Part shown: positions 26,722 to 42,964 of the stretch, in pieces
Layout of the letters: every line of letters begins with the position of its first letter
How positions within the stretch are numbered: the first letter of the stretch is position 1
Source: Eledone cirrhosa
Lineage: Eukaryota
Assembly (NCBI GenBank): GCA_964016885.1
Contig: OZ024743.1
Span: forward strand, 304,730,001 to 304,794,000
Length of the DNA: 64,000 nucleotides
Direction: 5' to 3'
The notes under the pieces: generated by a model
Told to the model about the DNA's origin: nothing
The model's database searches: none
The model's input: only the letters and a program-made list of their open reading frames with translations
Position numbers and translations under genes: made by a program

Positions 26722-29700
26722 CACTTTTTTTGCCTGTTTGTTTGTTTGTTTGTTTGTTTATTTATGTTCGTCTACAGCGTGATAATGCCACACAAAAATC
26801 ACGTGGAGTGACGAAACCACCGGAGATGATGAAATCACCGGTGGTTATGTAACCATACATTCGCCAATCCTCGATAAGAGTGTTTAAATGTCGAACCTAA
26901 ACAGTTCGAATAACGGTGAAATGGAGACTAGAATGTCATGTGACAGACTCTCACCCAACAGGTGCTCCCTGGTTCAGCAGCAGGGACCTGGCTGTCAACC
27001 AAATACTGCTGGTGTCGGAGGATGAAGAAGAAGGAAAGGGACCAGAACCAACTGGACGAAAGAATTGAATAGAACTGTTATGCAATGTTACCTGAAGAGT
27101 AATCCCAAGGAGAAAGGCTATAGGAAACGGATGCATAAGATCTGGAACGAGATTGGTCTATTTAAATTAGATGAACAAAAATTGGCCGGGCAGGCTCGGG
27201 TAATAAGAACTAATGGGTGGATAAGCGAGCTGGAACTGGAGGAACTGAGCAGAGAGATTAGCTTGGAGATGGAGAGTGGAGTATACCAGGCAAGCGAGCC
27301 AGTGGGAAATGAAGGTGAAGAGGTCGAGAGAACGGAGGAACCACCCGAAGCAGACAATGATCTGAATGCTGAGATAAATAATACCTGGAACAGAGATACG
27401 GCCACTGAGGAGATGAATGCTGACGGGCTAGGACAAGATTTGGTTGATATCCTAAACTTAGTAGTAGATGAATTGAACAATGATAGTGGGAGACCTATGA
27501 ACCTAAGATTTGTAGACAGGAAAAAGTTAAAAGAAACAACAGCTAAGGTAAACAAAGTCATCCCATACCTTGAGGCGAGAAGCCTTCACCAGTGCAACAA
27601 TATCGTCAAAGCAACAGCAAATACGGTGAGGAAACTACTTGGTATAAAAGCGAGAGGAAACAACAGACGAGAAAGAGCAGAGCCTTGGTGGGAGAAACGA
27701 CTGAGTGGTCAAATCAGGGAAATGAGAAATGACATTGGAAAGCTTGAGTCCCTACTGAATGGGACACTAAAAAACATAGACACTAAAAATAGACTGGAAA
27801 TAAAGTACAAAACTAGGAGGAAGAAGCTAAATAGTATCATAGAGGAACTGAAGCAACGCATTGTAGCAAATAGTGAAAAAATCAGGCGATACGAGAACAG
27901 AGTCAGTCAGTATAGACAAAACCGCATTTTCGACAACAACCAGAAGATGCTGTCTGGACAGCTTGAAGGGAAAGAAAGTGGCAACAACTTGATCCCTGAG
28001 GCGGAACAAACTAAAACATTCTGGAGAGGAATATGGGAGCAGGATATTAAACATAATGACCAGGCAGTGTGGATTGAGACAGTACAGAAGGAGATTAGTG
28101 AACAGGCACACCAACAAACTGATTTGAGTATCACAGTTGAAACTCTTAAGGGGTAGGCCAAAAAACTAACCAACTGGAAATCACCAGGCCCAGATGGTGT
28201 GCAGGGGTATTGGATTAAACATATAACATCCCTCCACCCGAAACTGACAACCATGTTCAATGACTGCTTGATGTCAGGTGAGGTACCAGAGTGGTTGACA
28301 AAAGGTACCACAGTTCTGATAATGAAAGACCGAATCAAGGGTTACCAACTATAGACCTATCACACGTCTGTCCGTAATGTGGAAACTGTTGACAAGCATT
28401 ATGTCTGAGGAAATCTACCATCACCTCCACATCAACAACTTGTTACTGGACGAACAGAAAGGGTGCAGAAAGAAGTCCCGTGGTACAGAGGACCAATTAT
28501 TTATTGATAAGATGGTAATGAGGAATTGCAAGAGGAGACACACAGGTCTTGCCATGGGATAGATAGACTACAAAAAGGCATTTGACATGGTGCCTCATTC
28601 TTGGATCACCAAAAGCCTGGAGATCTTCAAGGTGGCAGATAACATCAGGCAGTTGTTGGGTAAAAGTATGAAGTCCTGGGAAACAGAGTTAACATCAACT
28701 GGAGAATCCTTGGGAAGCGTGAAGATCAAGAGAGGTATCTTCCAGGGAGATAGTCTGTCCCCTCTGTTGTTTGTCCTTGCCCTGATGCCCCTGACCAGTG
28801 TACTGCGAAAAGTGAGAGCAGGATACAGGTTGGGAAAGGGAGGGCTTACCATCAATCACCTCCTCTTCATGGACGATCTTAAGCTCTTCGGGAAGAGTGA
28901 GAAGGAGTTGGATGTGCTTGTTGACACTGTCCGTATTTTCAGCAATGATATATGTATGCAATTTGGTATTAGTATGTGTGGAGTCATTGTGATGAAGAGG
29001 GGTAAGTTGAGCAGAGGTAACGGAATCCAGGTACCAACAGGTGAGATGATAAAGGAAATTGACTCTGAAGAAGGATACAAGTATTTGGGTGTTCTGGAGG
29101 CTGATGACATCAAGAACAAAAAAATGAAGGAATTGATAAGAACTGAATACATTCGGAGAGTAAGGTGCGTATTAAAGTCACATCTGAACAGTAGGAATGC
29201 CATAAGTGCAGTAAATTCCGAGCTGTGTCTATTATTAGGTACATTGCGGGAATTCTGAGATGGAATGTTGCTGAACAAAAAGAAATGGATAGGAAGACTA
29301 GGAAGCTATTGACTATCTACAACATGTTTCACAAGATGAGTGATGTCGATAGACTCTACTTAAGGAGATCTGAAGTTGGAAGAGGTCTTATCAGCATAGA
29401 GGACTGTGTTCAGATGGAGAAAAACAACCTACACAAATACGTGACTGATAGTAAGGAGCCAATGCTCAGAACTGTACTGAAGGAGGGGACAATAGGCCAG
29501 GGGATGTCCAAGGAGGAAATAAGATCAAGGAGAAAGAGCAGCCTTCAGGAAAAATCCCTTCATAGTACCTTCTTTGAGAAAACTGAATTTAGAGATCCAC
29601 AGACATGGAACTGGTTGAAAAGAGGACACCTTAAAAAGGCCACAGAAGGAATGTTAATGGCTGCGCAGGAGCAGGCCCTCAAAACGAAGTGGTTGAAACA

Positions 29701-30385
29701 CCATATTTACAAGGAGGAGGCTAGCCCACTGTGCAGGATCTGTGGTGATAGAGAGGAGACTGTGGCTCACATTGTATCCGAGTGTAAACACCTAGCCCAG
29801 ACTCACTATAAGGGCTGGAGAAAGATGTGATGGGCAGGGTGATCCACTGGCACCTATGCAAAGTAAACAATTTACTACATTCTGAGAAGTGATATGAGCA
29901 TAAGCCAGAGGCGGTGATAGAAAACGATCAGGTGAAGGTGCTGTGGGATTTTAGGATACAGACGGACAAGAAACTGGAACACAATAGACCTGACCTGGTG
30001 GTTGTGGACAAAGAAAAAAGATCGTGCCTGATTGGGGATGTGGCCTGCCCATTCGACACGAGAGCGCAAGAGAAGGAGAGGGAGAAAATTAACCGATACC
30101 AGGACTTAAAGTGGGAGGTAAAAAGGATTTGGAACTGCCATGAAGTCAAAGTGATCCCGATTGTCATAGGCGCACTAGGGACTATCTCAAAGAGTTTCCA
30201 GGGATGGTTAAAGAAAATTGGCCCCTTCACGCTTTTTGGAACGCTTCAAAAGGCATGCTTGCTGGGAACAGCAAGAACCCTCCGATACGTCCTGAATATT
30301 TGAGGCTGCTGGTAGTGGCTTGATATTCATTTCAACAAACTTTCCAGTTAACTAACATCAATGACTGAGACTCAAAGAGTAATAA
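26722..30385 (+). mobile_element. R4/Dong-clade non-LTR retrotransposon (RT + CCHC + restriction-like endonuclease), near full length but disrupted
   Basis: Motifs WKSPGPDG, DYKKAFDMVPHSW, RGIFQGDSLSPLLF, HLLFMDDLKL, YKYLGV, MAAQEQAL, CRICGDREETVAHIVSEC, HNRPDLVVVDK and VIPIVIGALG. Flanked by (TAA)n on both sides. Confidence 0.92.
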
Positions 30386-30414
30386 CAATAATAATAATAA
30401 TAATAAATAATAAT

Positions 30415-32702
30415 GCTTTCTTTATTAACCACAAGAGTTTACATAAAGTAGACATTAAGGACAGTACAGGACAATACAGGGCGGTACAAATGGGCATTTC
30501 TGCGTGTAAAAAACAAGAAACAGAGGATGTAATAATAGAACAATGAAAAAATTCCCGAATAGGGGGGAGACTTCCGAGGTACATTCGTGGAGAAAGCCCA
30601 TTAAAAAGCCACAGTGACCCCGACCACCAGGGCAAGTGCCCTCTCCAAGTTTTCCACCTTTAATTTATAGACACATACTCAGAGTAGGCCCATTTACTCG
30701 GGCCATTCTTGCTTCTCTCACCCATCTTTCAACAAAATGCTGGGAAGAGAGTACTTCCCTTTCTACCCTGATTTTCCTTTTCAAATGAAATTTGAAAAAG
30801 CTAATCAGGGCATCACCGAAGAAGTAAGTGCTCGTCTCCAACCCTTTCAAACGTGTCCACCATACTATCTCTTTCGCCATGGCCACCAGACAGATGAAAA
30901 CTGCCTGCCCTTCCCGGTTAAAGGTAGATGGCGGGGCGATCCTCACGATGGACTCAGCTGATAGCTGGATCCGTCCCACACGCGACAGCAGGTATTCGAC
31001 ATAAACCCACAAGTCAGCAATGCTCGGACACTGGAGGAGTGCGTGCAGGACGGTTTCGTCGCCCTGCGCGCATCTCGGCCATGCCCGGCTGACGGCACCT
31101 CCATGCCTGTAGAGTTTATCTCGAACTGGCAAAGCTCCTCGGTAGCACTGCCAGGCCAGGGATTTCTGGATGTTGTCCATAGGCCCCGGCCCGAAAGTCC
31201 TTCTGAAGAGATTGGCTAGTTGAATTTCGTCGACGCCTAGAGTTTCTCCAAGTACGTCGTCGCTCTTCGCCTCCACTAAACCTCTATAGAACGCCAAGGT
31301 GGAGTTTCCACCGATCGCATTGCCCGATTGGTCGAGGGCTGTGAGCGCCTGAAGACATTCCAGTCTCCAAGCGCTCCCTCTCGGTCTTCGCTTGACCCAG
31401 GACTGCAGCTCTGTCAAGGAGACGAGCTGGGGAAAGAGGCGTCTAACAAACGGAGACTACACCTGATCACCGTCGAGGATGAGGTGGAGATGTCGTAGCC
31501 TGAGCGCGTGCCTGCGCATCATCAGCCACGGCATTCCCAACCCTCCACATAGCGGCTGTTGACAGCAGATGGACCGCCTGACCATCGGAGCGCGTCCCTT
31601 CCACAAAAAGCGAAAGAGCAAACGCTCCAGCGCAGTCAGGCGGGGCTTAGGACAAGGTACGACGGTCAGGCGGTAGTAGATGACGGACGCGATGTACGCG
31701 TTAGCCACCTCCGCTCGACCTTTCAGGGATAGTTTCCTCTCGGCCCATTTCTGGGTGAGAGAAGCCACCCTGCTCGTCACCTCGTCCCAGTTTGTGTCCG
31801 TCTGGAGGTCCGGACCGAACCAGATCCCTAGCAATTTAACTGGTACGTCCGTCCAGCGCCCGACGACGCTGTTGGACGGCATGGACCTGCCTCTCCAGGT
31901 GCCGAGCTGCAGGCCCACTGACTTTTCCTGGTTGATCATTGCTCCTGTCACCGCTTCGTATTCTCTTAGTGTAGTGCCGTTCGCCTCGATGTGTTTGGCG
32001 TTCGACACCACTATGGTGACATCGTCGGCATATGCTGACACGGATCTTCCGCATCCTAGTTCGCGCGGGACCCGCTCAACGTCTCCAGTTTCTGCAGTAA
32101 TTGCTCGAGAGTCAATACGTAGAAGAGGGACGAGAGGGGACATCCTTGGCGGACCGAGCCCATGATGTTGAACGGTTCCGAAAGGTGACCGTTCACTCTC
32201 ACCACAGAGCAGTTGTCGCTGTGCATGGCAGTGATCCAGCCTCTGAAGACGGGCCCAAAGCCAGCCGCCCTCAGGACTGCCGCTAGGTAACGATGGTCAA
32301 CCCTATCGAAAGCTTTCGACTGATCTAAATTGATCAAGGACCCACTCGTGCCAGGTTCCCTAGCTACCCTCTCTACGACGTATCGCATGATGTGGAGGTT
32401 GTCGTGGATGGATCTGTCGGGAATGGCGCATGTCTGCGCCTCTCCCACCAGACCACCAACGACAAGCGCCAACCTCTTTTCTAGCACCTTGGCCAAAATC
32501 TTGAACTCTGTGTTTAGCAGACTTATGGGCCTAAAATTATCTATGTTATCCCCCTTGTTCGGATCCTTTCTCAGCTGCACCACAGCTCCTCGGCTCACAG
32601 AGCTGGGAATTCTCCCGTTCTGTTGCCAGTTGCAGTAGACGTCCGCCAAGAGGCCCCTGAACAAGTCTGGCATATGTACGTAAAGTTCATAGGCCAGACC
32701 AT
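30415..32702 (-). mobile_element. Tx1 family B copy 2 (5'-truncated; RT, zf-RVT and 3' UTR with (TTA)n tail)
   Basis: ORFs 32056-32706, 31457-32143 and 30665-31417 match copy 1 and family A ORF2. The minus-strand 3' end reads AATAAAGAAAGC(ATT)n. Confidence 0.9.
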
Positions 32703-35090
32703 TCAAAGAAAATGGGGAAGTAAAATGTGTGGAATTGTGAAGATATTAGGTAAGTGAATCAAAAGGCAGGGAGGGAGGGGAAGTAAAAATAAAGTTAAAA
32801 ATAAAAATAAAAGTAATTCAGAAAGAGAAGTCTGTAAAGAGGATAATTTAAGGTATGGGCAACTGGTGAACATTTCTGATTTTGCATTCAGGCAGGTTTT
32901 TTGTGATTTAATGTTCTGTAAAATTCCAATATTTTTCACTTATGCAGAGTGTGCATATTCTTGTTCCTCTTGCATATACTTGGTTCAATCCAATTTATAT
33001 GACCAATCCAATTTATATTGGATACCTTGCTCTTTCAAATCCCATATTCTGCTAGCCAGAGGTGTTGTAAATCTTTTTTCAGGATGTCGGAAAGATGCGA
33101 CATGTGAGTAATAACGCGTTTTGAATTTGTCTTGTGTCATACCCACATATCGTTCGCTGGTGGCTGGTAGGTTGTTGCTGGTGGTTGTCACTTTAGCCGC
33201 ATATACAATGGCTTTGGTGTTGCATTTACCTTGTAATGGACATTCACTGTTGATTCTACAGAAGCAATTTTTACGTTCTCTGGATATTTTCTTATTGAGG
33301 ATATAAGATTTAATATGGGGACCGCAGGAGTAGCTGATTTTGACACAGTTTCTATTGAAAATCTTATAGTATCTATGTGTTCTAGGGAAATGTTTATCTA
33401 AGAGCTCTAGGAATTTTTTGCCTACATTAGTTTTAACTGCTAAAGAGTAGGAGGGTGTGACCCAGATTATTTTTCTTTCCCTATTATTATGTTTAAAGGA
33501 GTTAGTATTGTTGGGTATGTACTTAATCGGTTCGCTAAATCCGCTATTTTGAAGGGCTTTATTATAGTAGGGGTATGCCTTATTGAAAATAGCTTCTGAG
33601 GAAGAGAGGGTGGAGATCCTACGGCTAGTATTAGGGATAAGGGTTTTAAAAACTATAGGAGGATGGCAAGAGCTTTTATTTATATATTTTAAATTTTCAT
33701 TAGGTTTATGGTACGGTTTATAAGAAGCAGTAGGCAGATCTAGGTTTATATCTAGAAAATTAACATTAGAAAGGTTAGTGTCAATGGTAATTTTAAGATT
33801 AAAACTAACGAAGGTTTTTATTAAGTCTTTCCTTAATCTATCTAAGTTATGGCCTATGGTGGTATGGGTTAGATATTCTTACCCAAGTGTCATTATTAGT
33901 AAAAAGTAGAGTGTTTCTAGCATGCAAAATGACATTCTCTTCAATATCAGAAATATTGATAAACTTTCTAGCGAAATTTAGGGCTTTCGTTCAAAGAGGG
34001 TGAGTAATAGACGGGTAGAAGTCTAGAATGTCAAATTGGGTGAATCTAGAACTATTTTTATCTTTAATATTATTAAACCAATGTACTACAGAAGAGCTAT
34101 TTATCCATTCGAGTAATTCAGACTTACTTCTAATATGTTTGTTTATATTATTTAATATTTTTTTGCTAGCAAGACAGATTTCAGTCTTAGCAGGGTTGAT
34201 TAATCTACAAGTAGGACGATTAATAAAATCAGGTTTGTGATCTTTGAGGGTGATATAAGAATTACGTTTAGCAAGTTCTTTTGTTCTATTGTCTATTTTA
34301 AAAAAACTAGCTAATTCTTTAGCTTCCTTATTTATAGTATTATAGGTGTTTATATTAGCTATTTGGTATTTAGAAGTGATGTTATCTGTTAAGAGTTGGT
34401 CATGTAAGTTATTATTAACTTCGTATAAGATTTTAGTTTTGTCAGAGAAAATTAACTTATTTTTAGAAGATTTGAATATTGAAATATCATTAGATAGTTT
34501 AGATTGAAAAGGGTTAGAGTACTTACGGAATTTGATTTGGTTGATTAAATTAACTAAGTCTAGTTCAAAAGCGGTCATATCTTTTACTCTTTGCAGGTAT
34601 TTATGAGATTTGATATCAAAATGTTCTGTAGAGTCCGTGTTAAAATGTCCATCGAAAATCAAAGCTTTCCATCTCATTCTTTTAACAACTTTCTCTACTT
34701 TGTCTATCAGCATTTTAGTGTAGGAAGTGTTAGAAGGTGTTGGGATATTCTTGATGGAGTAATCCAAATGATGTTTATCCATGTTCAGTATTGGTTAAAC
34801 ATCCTTTTGACTGAAGAGTGCTCGACTTTAAAAGGGCTGGAAGGTGCCAAACTCATAAAAATGTAGAATATGCTACGATCATTCCCTTGGGAGCTGTATA
34901 AGTATTGAAGTTTCCGTTGAAAATTGAAAAAGTCATAGGAGTGAAGAGTGCTCTATGTAAGTACCAGAGCTAAATTTAATGTATAATAAACAATAGAATA
35001 TAATTACCTCATTACCAGAGGTTTCCCGAATAAGACGAATACAAAAAACGTCCTCATTCGTTCGTCGGACAAGGCAATTTAAAACATAGT
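32703..35090 (-). mobile_element. Penelope-like element, C-terminal GIY-YIG type (tentatively Hydra-like clade), RT core deleted
   Basis: YSIKNIP..VKRMRWKA, CRLINPAK, FDILDFYPSI, NFLDINLDL, CFCRINSECPLQGKC and YVGMTQDKFKTRYYSH. No catalytic YxDD segment is visible between 33991 and about 33850. Confidence 0.82.
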
Positions 35091-35289
35091 GAAATATTTG
35101 AAAAATCTCCTCATGTTTTAAATTGCCTGTCCGACGACCGAATGAGGACGTTTTTTGTATTCATCTTATTCGGGAAACCTCTGGTAATGAGGTAATTATA
35201 TTGTATTGTTTATTATACATTAAATTTAGCTCTGGTACTTTCATAGAGCACTCTTCACTCCTATGACCTTTTCAATTTTCAACGGAAAC
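34910..35289. repeat. Inverted pseudo-LTR palindrome of the PLE containing a hammerhead-like core
   Basis: Arms of about 180 bp. The right arm reads CCGACGA-CCGAATGAG..CTTATTCGG-GAAA-CCTC[TGGTAAT]GAGG-TA (35131-35194). Confidence 0.85.
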
Positions 35290-38589
<3,300 letters not shown>

Positions 38590-38880
38590 AGTGATTCAGG
38601 TCCACTATCCTCTTGGGGATTCCATAAGCCTGTAAGATCTTCATCAGGCAGTGACGGTCCACAGAATCAAAGGCCTTCCTAAAGTCAATGAAAACCATGA
38701 CCGCAGGAAGGCACTTTGCTCTAGCTCCCTCTAATATCCTCCTCAGCATCAGGATGTGACTGGTGGTTGATCTTCCCTCTCTGAAGCCGTTCTGGTTGTC
38801 CCTGAGCTTCTTCTCCATCTCAGGCTGGATCCTGTTAAGAATAATCCTGTTGAGGGTCTTTGCCACAAGTGCCATCTTAA
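38590..38880 (-). mobile_element. RTE-type LINE RT fragment
   Basis: QNGFREGRSTTSHIL..VFIDFRKAFDSVDR. Near-identical to 49568-49760. Confidence 0.85.
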
Positions 38881-39191
38881 CCAAAGGCATTTCGGATAAA
38901 ATGGGTCTGAGTTTCCTGTATATAGGACAACGATGGGATGGCCACAGCTAAAATGTCTTTGATCATAGTTCTACTGGAAGAGGGCTGTTCTACGCTTAAA
39001 CAATAACGATTGCCTGCTTTTTTTTTACTAAAACTACTTAAGAAAATATATTGAGATGCAGTGGATATCCAACATCGTTAATATTGCACACAGAAGGCAA
39101 ATCATATCAAGAGTTACATAGGCGACTTCTACATAAGGCCAAATTTGAGTTAAAAAACACATTTTTAGATATGTTCTGCTTTATCATCATA

Positions 39192-40080
39192 CTAGCATTA
39201 AAGCCCGGCGTTGCTCGGGGTCATTAAGTTACCAAAGTTAGGTTGCACCACCCATTTTATGGCAGCACTTTTTTGTCTGCCAGGCACTGGGTTAATGAAT
39301 TGCAGACCTGGAAGCATGAGCTGCGCCAGCAGTGACAATTGTAGTTTCGCCTATGGATATTATCTCTGTGCAAAAAAGTGTTGAAATTTATTGTTTCACA
39401 GTACTTGCGCAACACGCGCGTAGACGATGCCAGCCGAACAACAGAGCTGCGATGGAGTTGTTCTGCATGGTTGTCTGTGTGTTTTCTAAATTTAAGACAG
39501 TATGGAGGGTTGTGATATGAGGGAGAGTTAGCTGTTGTTTCTAGCAGGTTTAGTGACCTCATAGAGGATATGTGTTTTCTAAATTTAAGATAGTAGGGAG
39601 TGATGTGATATGGGGGAGAGTTAGCTGCTGTTTCTAGCAGGTTTAGTGACCTCATAGAAGATATGTTTTCTAAATTTAAGACAGTATGGAGTGGTGTGAT
39701 ATGGGGGAGAGTTAGCTGCTGTTTCTAGCAGGTTTAGTAACCTCATAGAGGATATGTGTTTTCTAAATTTAAGACAGTAGGGAGTGGTGTGAACGGACAG
39801 TATCACCATCAAGCTTGGAAAGAGAAAGTAGCAGAAAGTATGAAGTTGTATAGATTTTGAATGGTAGTAGAAAGATTTCAGCAGTTTAAATGAGAGAGAA
39901 AATCGTAAAATATTGAGTTTTATCTATTTTTTGCGTAATTGTGGGTGAAATTGAAAAAATTATCACTTCCTTGTGAATCAAAAGCTATTTCGAATAGTGA
40001 ATTGTAAATTTCAATTGAAGAAATTCTATATCGTAGATTTCTATAACGAAGGAGCATGACCATACACTGAGCTTTATAGA
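39192..40080 (-). mobile_element. Non-autonomous Helitron carrying a tandem array
   Basis: Minus strand begins TC and ends with hairpin CCCGAGCAACGCCGGG, 8 nt, then CTAG. Inserted between A and T with no TSD. Confidence 0.75.
39479..39791. repeat. Tandem repeat of about 93 bp, about 3.4 copies, inside the Helitron
   Basis: GTTTTCTAAATTTAAGA.AGTA.G recurs near 39481, 39574, 39665 and 39758. Confidence 0.9.
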
Positions 40081-40583
40081 TTATGATGATGTTATATGCT
40101 AACTCTTAGCGTCCTATACCCCATGAAACTGTGTTAGAAAGATATTCTTGAAAATACAAAAATCGGAAGTGACAAACCTGTTTTTAGATATTTCCTGCTA
40201 AATACTTACAGGATGTTAGGAGTTAGTTATAATATATTTCTGTGTGAACAGCAATAACAACAAAAGAAATACAAAAATATACTGTGCAATTGAGCGAACA
40301 TATGTCTAACTATATACGTAAATCTGTGGCAATATATCTTGTTTTCCAGAGGTATTTAGTTTAACACTGTGACATTCCTTTTCTTATATATAGGTGCATT
40401 GACTAATGAAAATTAAAAGGAAAAACAACTTCTTTTTAACTTTAAGTCAAATAACAAGTGGGCGATAAAATTTCAACATTTCAAGCAATGCTTAAAGAAA
40501 TAATTTTTAACTCTATTGTGAATTCTTCTCTCTCCCTCTCCCTCTCCCTCTTTATGTACGTATAGTTATGGGAGCGGTGTGCG

Positions 40584-40698
<115 letters not shown>

Positions 40699-40825
40699 TT
40701 AGGGTAAATATTGATGCAATTCAATTCAAGCACTCAACGTACTTATTCCACATAGGAGTGACGGAGTAAATATCGAATAAGGAAAATCGAAGTAGTTTCA
40801 GATGTTCAAGTCTTTTAATAATAAT

Positions 40826-40899
40826 GTTGTGATATATATTTCAATGGCGACAGAGGCCACACTGTTCTGTGCACCAGTGTCACGACATCGTCAGACAAC
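40826..40899 (-). ncRNA. Type I hammerhead motif in a (TA)n-bounded, probably PLE-derived unit (about 40697-41697)
   Basis: Minus strand GTTGT-CTGACGA-[long stem II]-GAAA-TATATA-TC-ACAAC. Confidence 0.75.
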
Positions 40900-41693
40900 T
40901 TGTTACATAATAAGGTTATGTTTCCGAGGCAATCCAAATTGAATCGATATGGGAACGGACGAAGTGTGTGCTTTTGGGTTCTTCATCCGTTCCCCTGTGA
41001 GGACCAATTCACCCCCACCGGTCTGCGCAGGCGCAGTTCGAAGGAAGTTGACCATTAGCAACCGCAGATTTCAACGAAATTCGCCTAGTCAGTTTTCCCT
41101 CTCAGCCAAACAATGACCCATTCAGGCCTGCCCCAAAGTTTACTGCTACCCATCCCGTCTGTGGCAGTCAGCCGAAAGCCAGTGGGGATGGGAGAGTGTT
41201 AGTATTTACAGGTCTCAATACTACCTCTCAATAAACATGGACAGTATAATTGACCATCAACCTCTAAGAGAAAATATATTTAATTCTAGGTATCATGGTT
41301 TCACATTGGAAGTTATGAGTGAGAGTTGGAAATTATTACTAAAAATTAAAATTCAAAATCGAAAATCCTAAATCAAATATCAGAAATTAAAAATTAAAAG
41401 TTTTTTCAAGTGAGAATCCGGATTGGGGTGAGTAAAAAAATATAGATTGAAGTGAGTAAATAATACACAGAGAGATGTTTAAGTAAGAAGTTCTGAAAAG
41501 GGTTCTAATGTTATAGTTATATTATCTACATACTGAACGATAGTACCGTACAGTAGAACTGACGGTATATTACAGTAAGAAAGGTAGTAGTTAACCGGTT
41601 GCATAGTCATAATTTCCATCACATGGAACAAAACCCAAAAAAAACAGATATAAAGAACACAAAAGAAAAACACATAGAGTACATATATGCAAT

Positions 41694-41731
<38 letters not shown>

Positions 41732-41737
<6 letters not shown>

Positions 41738-41854
41738 AAAATGTTTAACCCCGACGGCAGAGCTCAAGCCGTTTCGACAGCTATTTCTAGACTGCATCCA
41801 GAAATAGCCGTCGAAACGTCTTGAGCTCTGCCGTCCGGGTTAAACATTTTCCTA
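41732..41854. repeat. Near-perfect hairpin palindrome directly after (TA)n
   Basis: AGGAAAATGTTTAACCC.GACGGCAGAGCTCAAG.CGTTTCGAC.GCTATTTCT and its reverse complement. Confidence 0.92.
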
Positions 41855-41953
41855 TTACCCACTCTACTACCCTAAGTATTTTGTACTCTGGTGCGTTATG
41901 GTCCATCTGGTTCTTACCACACTTCATTCGTTATATATATATATATATATATA

Positions 41954-42590
41954 TTCAGGTTTGAGGTTCACCACTGGATAGAGCTGGTCAATTCCGTATG
42001 GTCAATCTTAATGTAATAATATGGAGGGTCTCAACGTAAAGCAGTTCAACCGTCTTTGTTTTGTAGTTGGTGGTGCTAGTACGGAGTTAAATATTATAAT
42101 GAAATGACAGGAGGCTGGACTTGTGTAAATCCTTGAAAAGTTTATTATACTATGATCATTTCAATGGTCGGGTTCCGTATGAATCCTGGTAGCTGACATT
42201 AACCCTGACTTCTCTTCTTCTTTCTTTTCTTCCTTCCCCCTTCTTCTCTCTTCTTTCTTTCTTTCTTTTTTCTTGTGGCATGATATTAACGCTGACTTAT
42301 GTTCCTATCCCTTTCTGTTTTCCTTTATTTGACCGGTAGTAGCACACTGTAAGCTTTAGCCACGTCACTTGAGGGCGACCGGCAAAGGTGGAAGATGCTG
42401 GATGGCGGTCGTCCTCAGGTCTTTGATTTTCAGCCCCATGGTTTTTATCTATTACATTCACTTATTATATTTCGAATACCTGATGATATCACCAGATTCA
42501 TACGGAACCCGGTCATTGAAATGATCGTAGTATAATAAAACTTTCAAGGATTTACACAAGTACAGCCTCCTGTCATTTCATTATAATATA
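41954..42590. mobile_element. Non-coding (TA)n-bounded PLE-derived unit with internal inverted repeats (about 42091-42190 and 42492-42590)
   Basis: GAAATGACAGGAGGCTG.ACTTGTGTAAATCCTTGAAA... is inverted at the right end. Contains a hammerhead. Confidence 0.7.
42476..42533 (+). ncRNA. Type I hammerhead ribozyme motif
   Basis: ATAC-CTGATGA-[stem II region]-GAAA-TGATCG-TA-GTAT. Confidence 0.75.
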
Positions 42591-42964
42591 TATATATATA
42601 TAGCAGAATCGGCGTGAGTAACCGATCTAAGGACCTAACAAACTGCATAATAGGTAGTATGGATGTTGTGTCCCTGTATCCATCTATTGACGTGGATTTT
42701 GCTGTGGAGAAATGCGTAGAAATGATCAGTGAGAGCAATGTTGAGTTCCGTGGGATTTATACCAGTGAGCTGGGACTCCTACTTAAACTTACCTATAGTA
42801 ATAATTACCTAGACACATAAGACCTTAGTAACCTGTGCCCTATAAGACCAGCAAGAGGCAGACCACCTACCATTACCTCAATAGCCAAGAAAACCCACAC
42901 AGATAGATGGAACGGGTGGACCAGAGCCATACGGACACCCGAAAACCACGATGAACTGAAGAAA

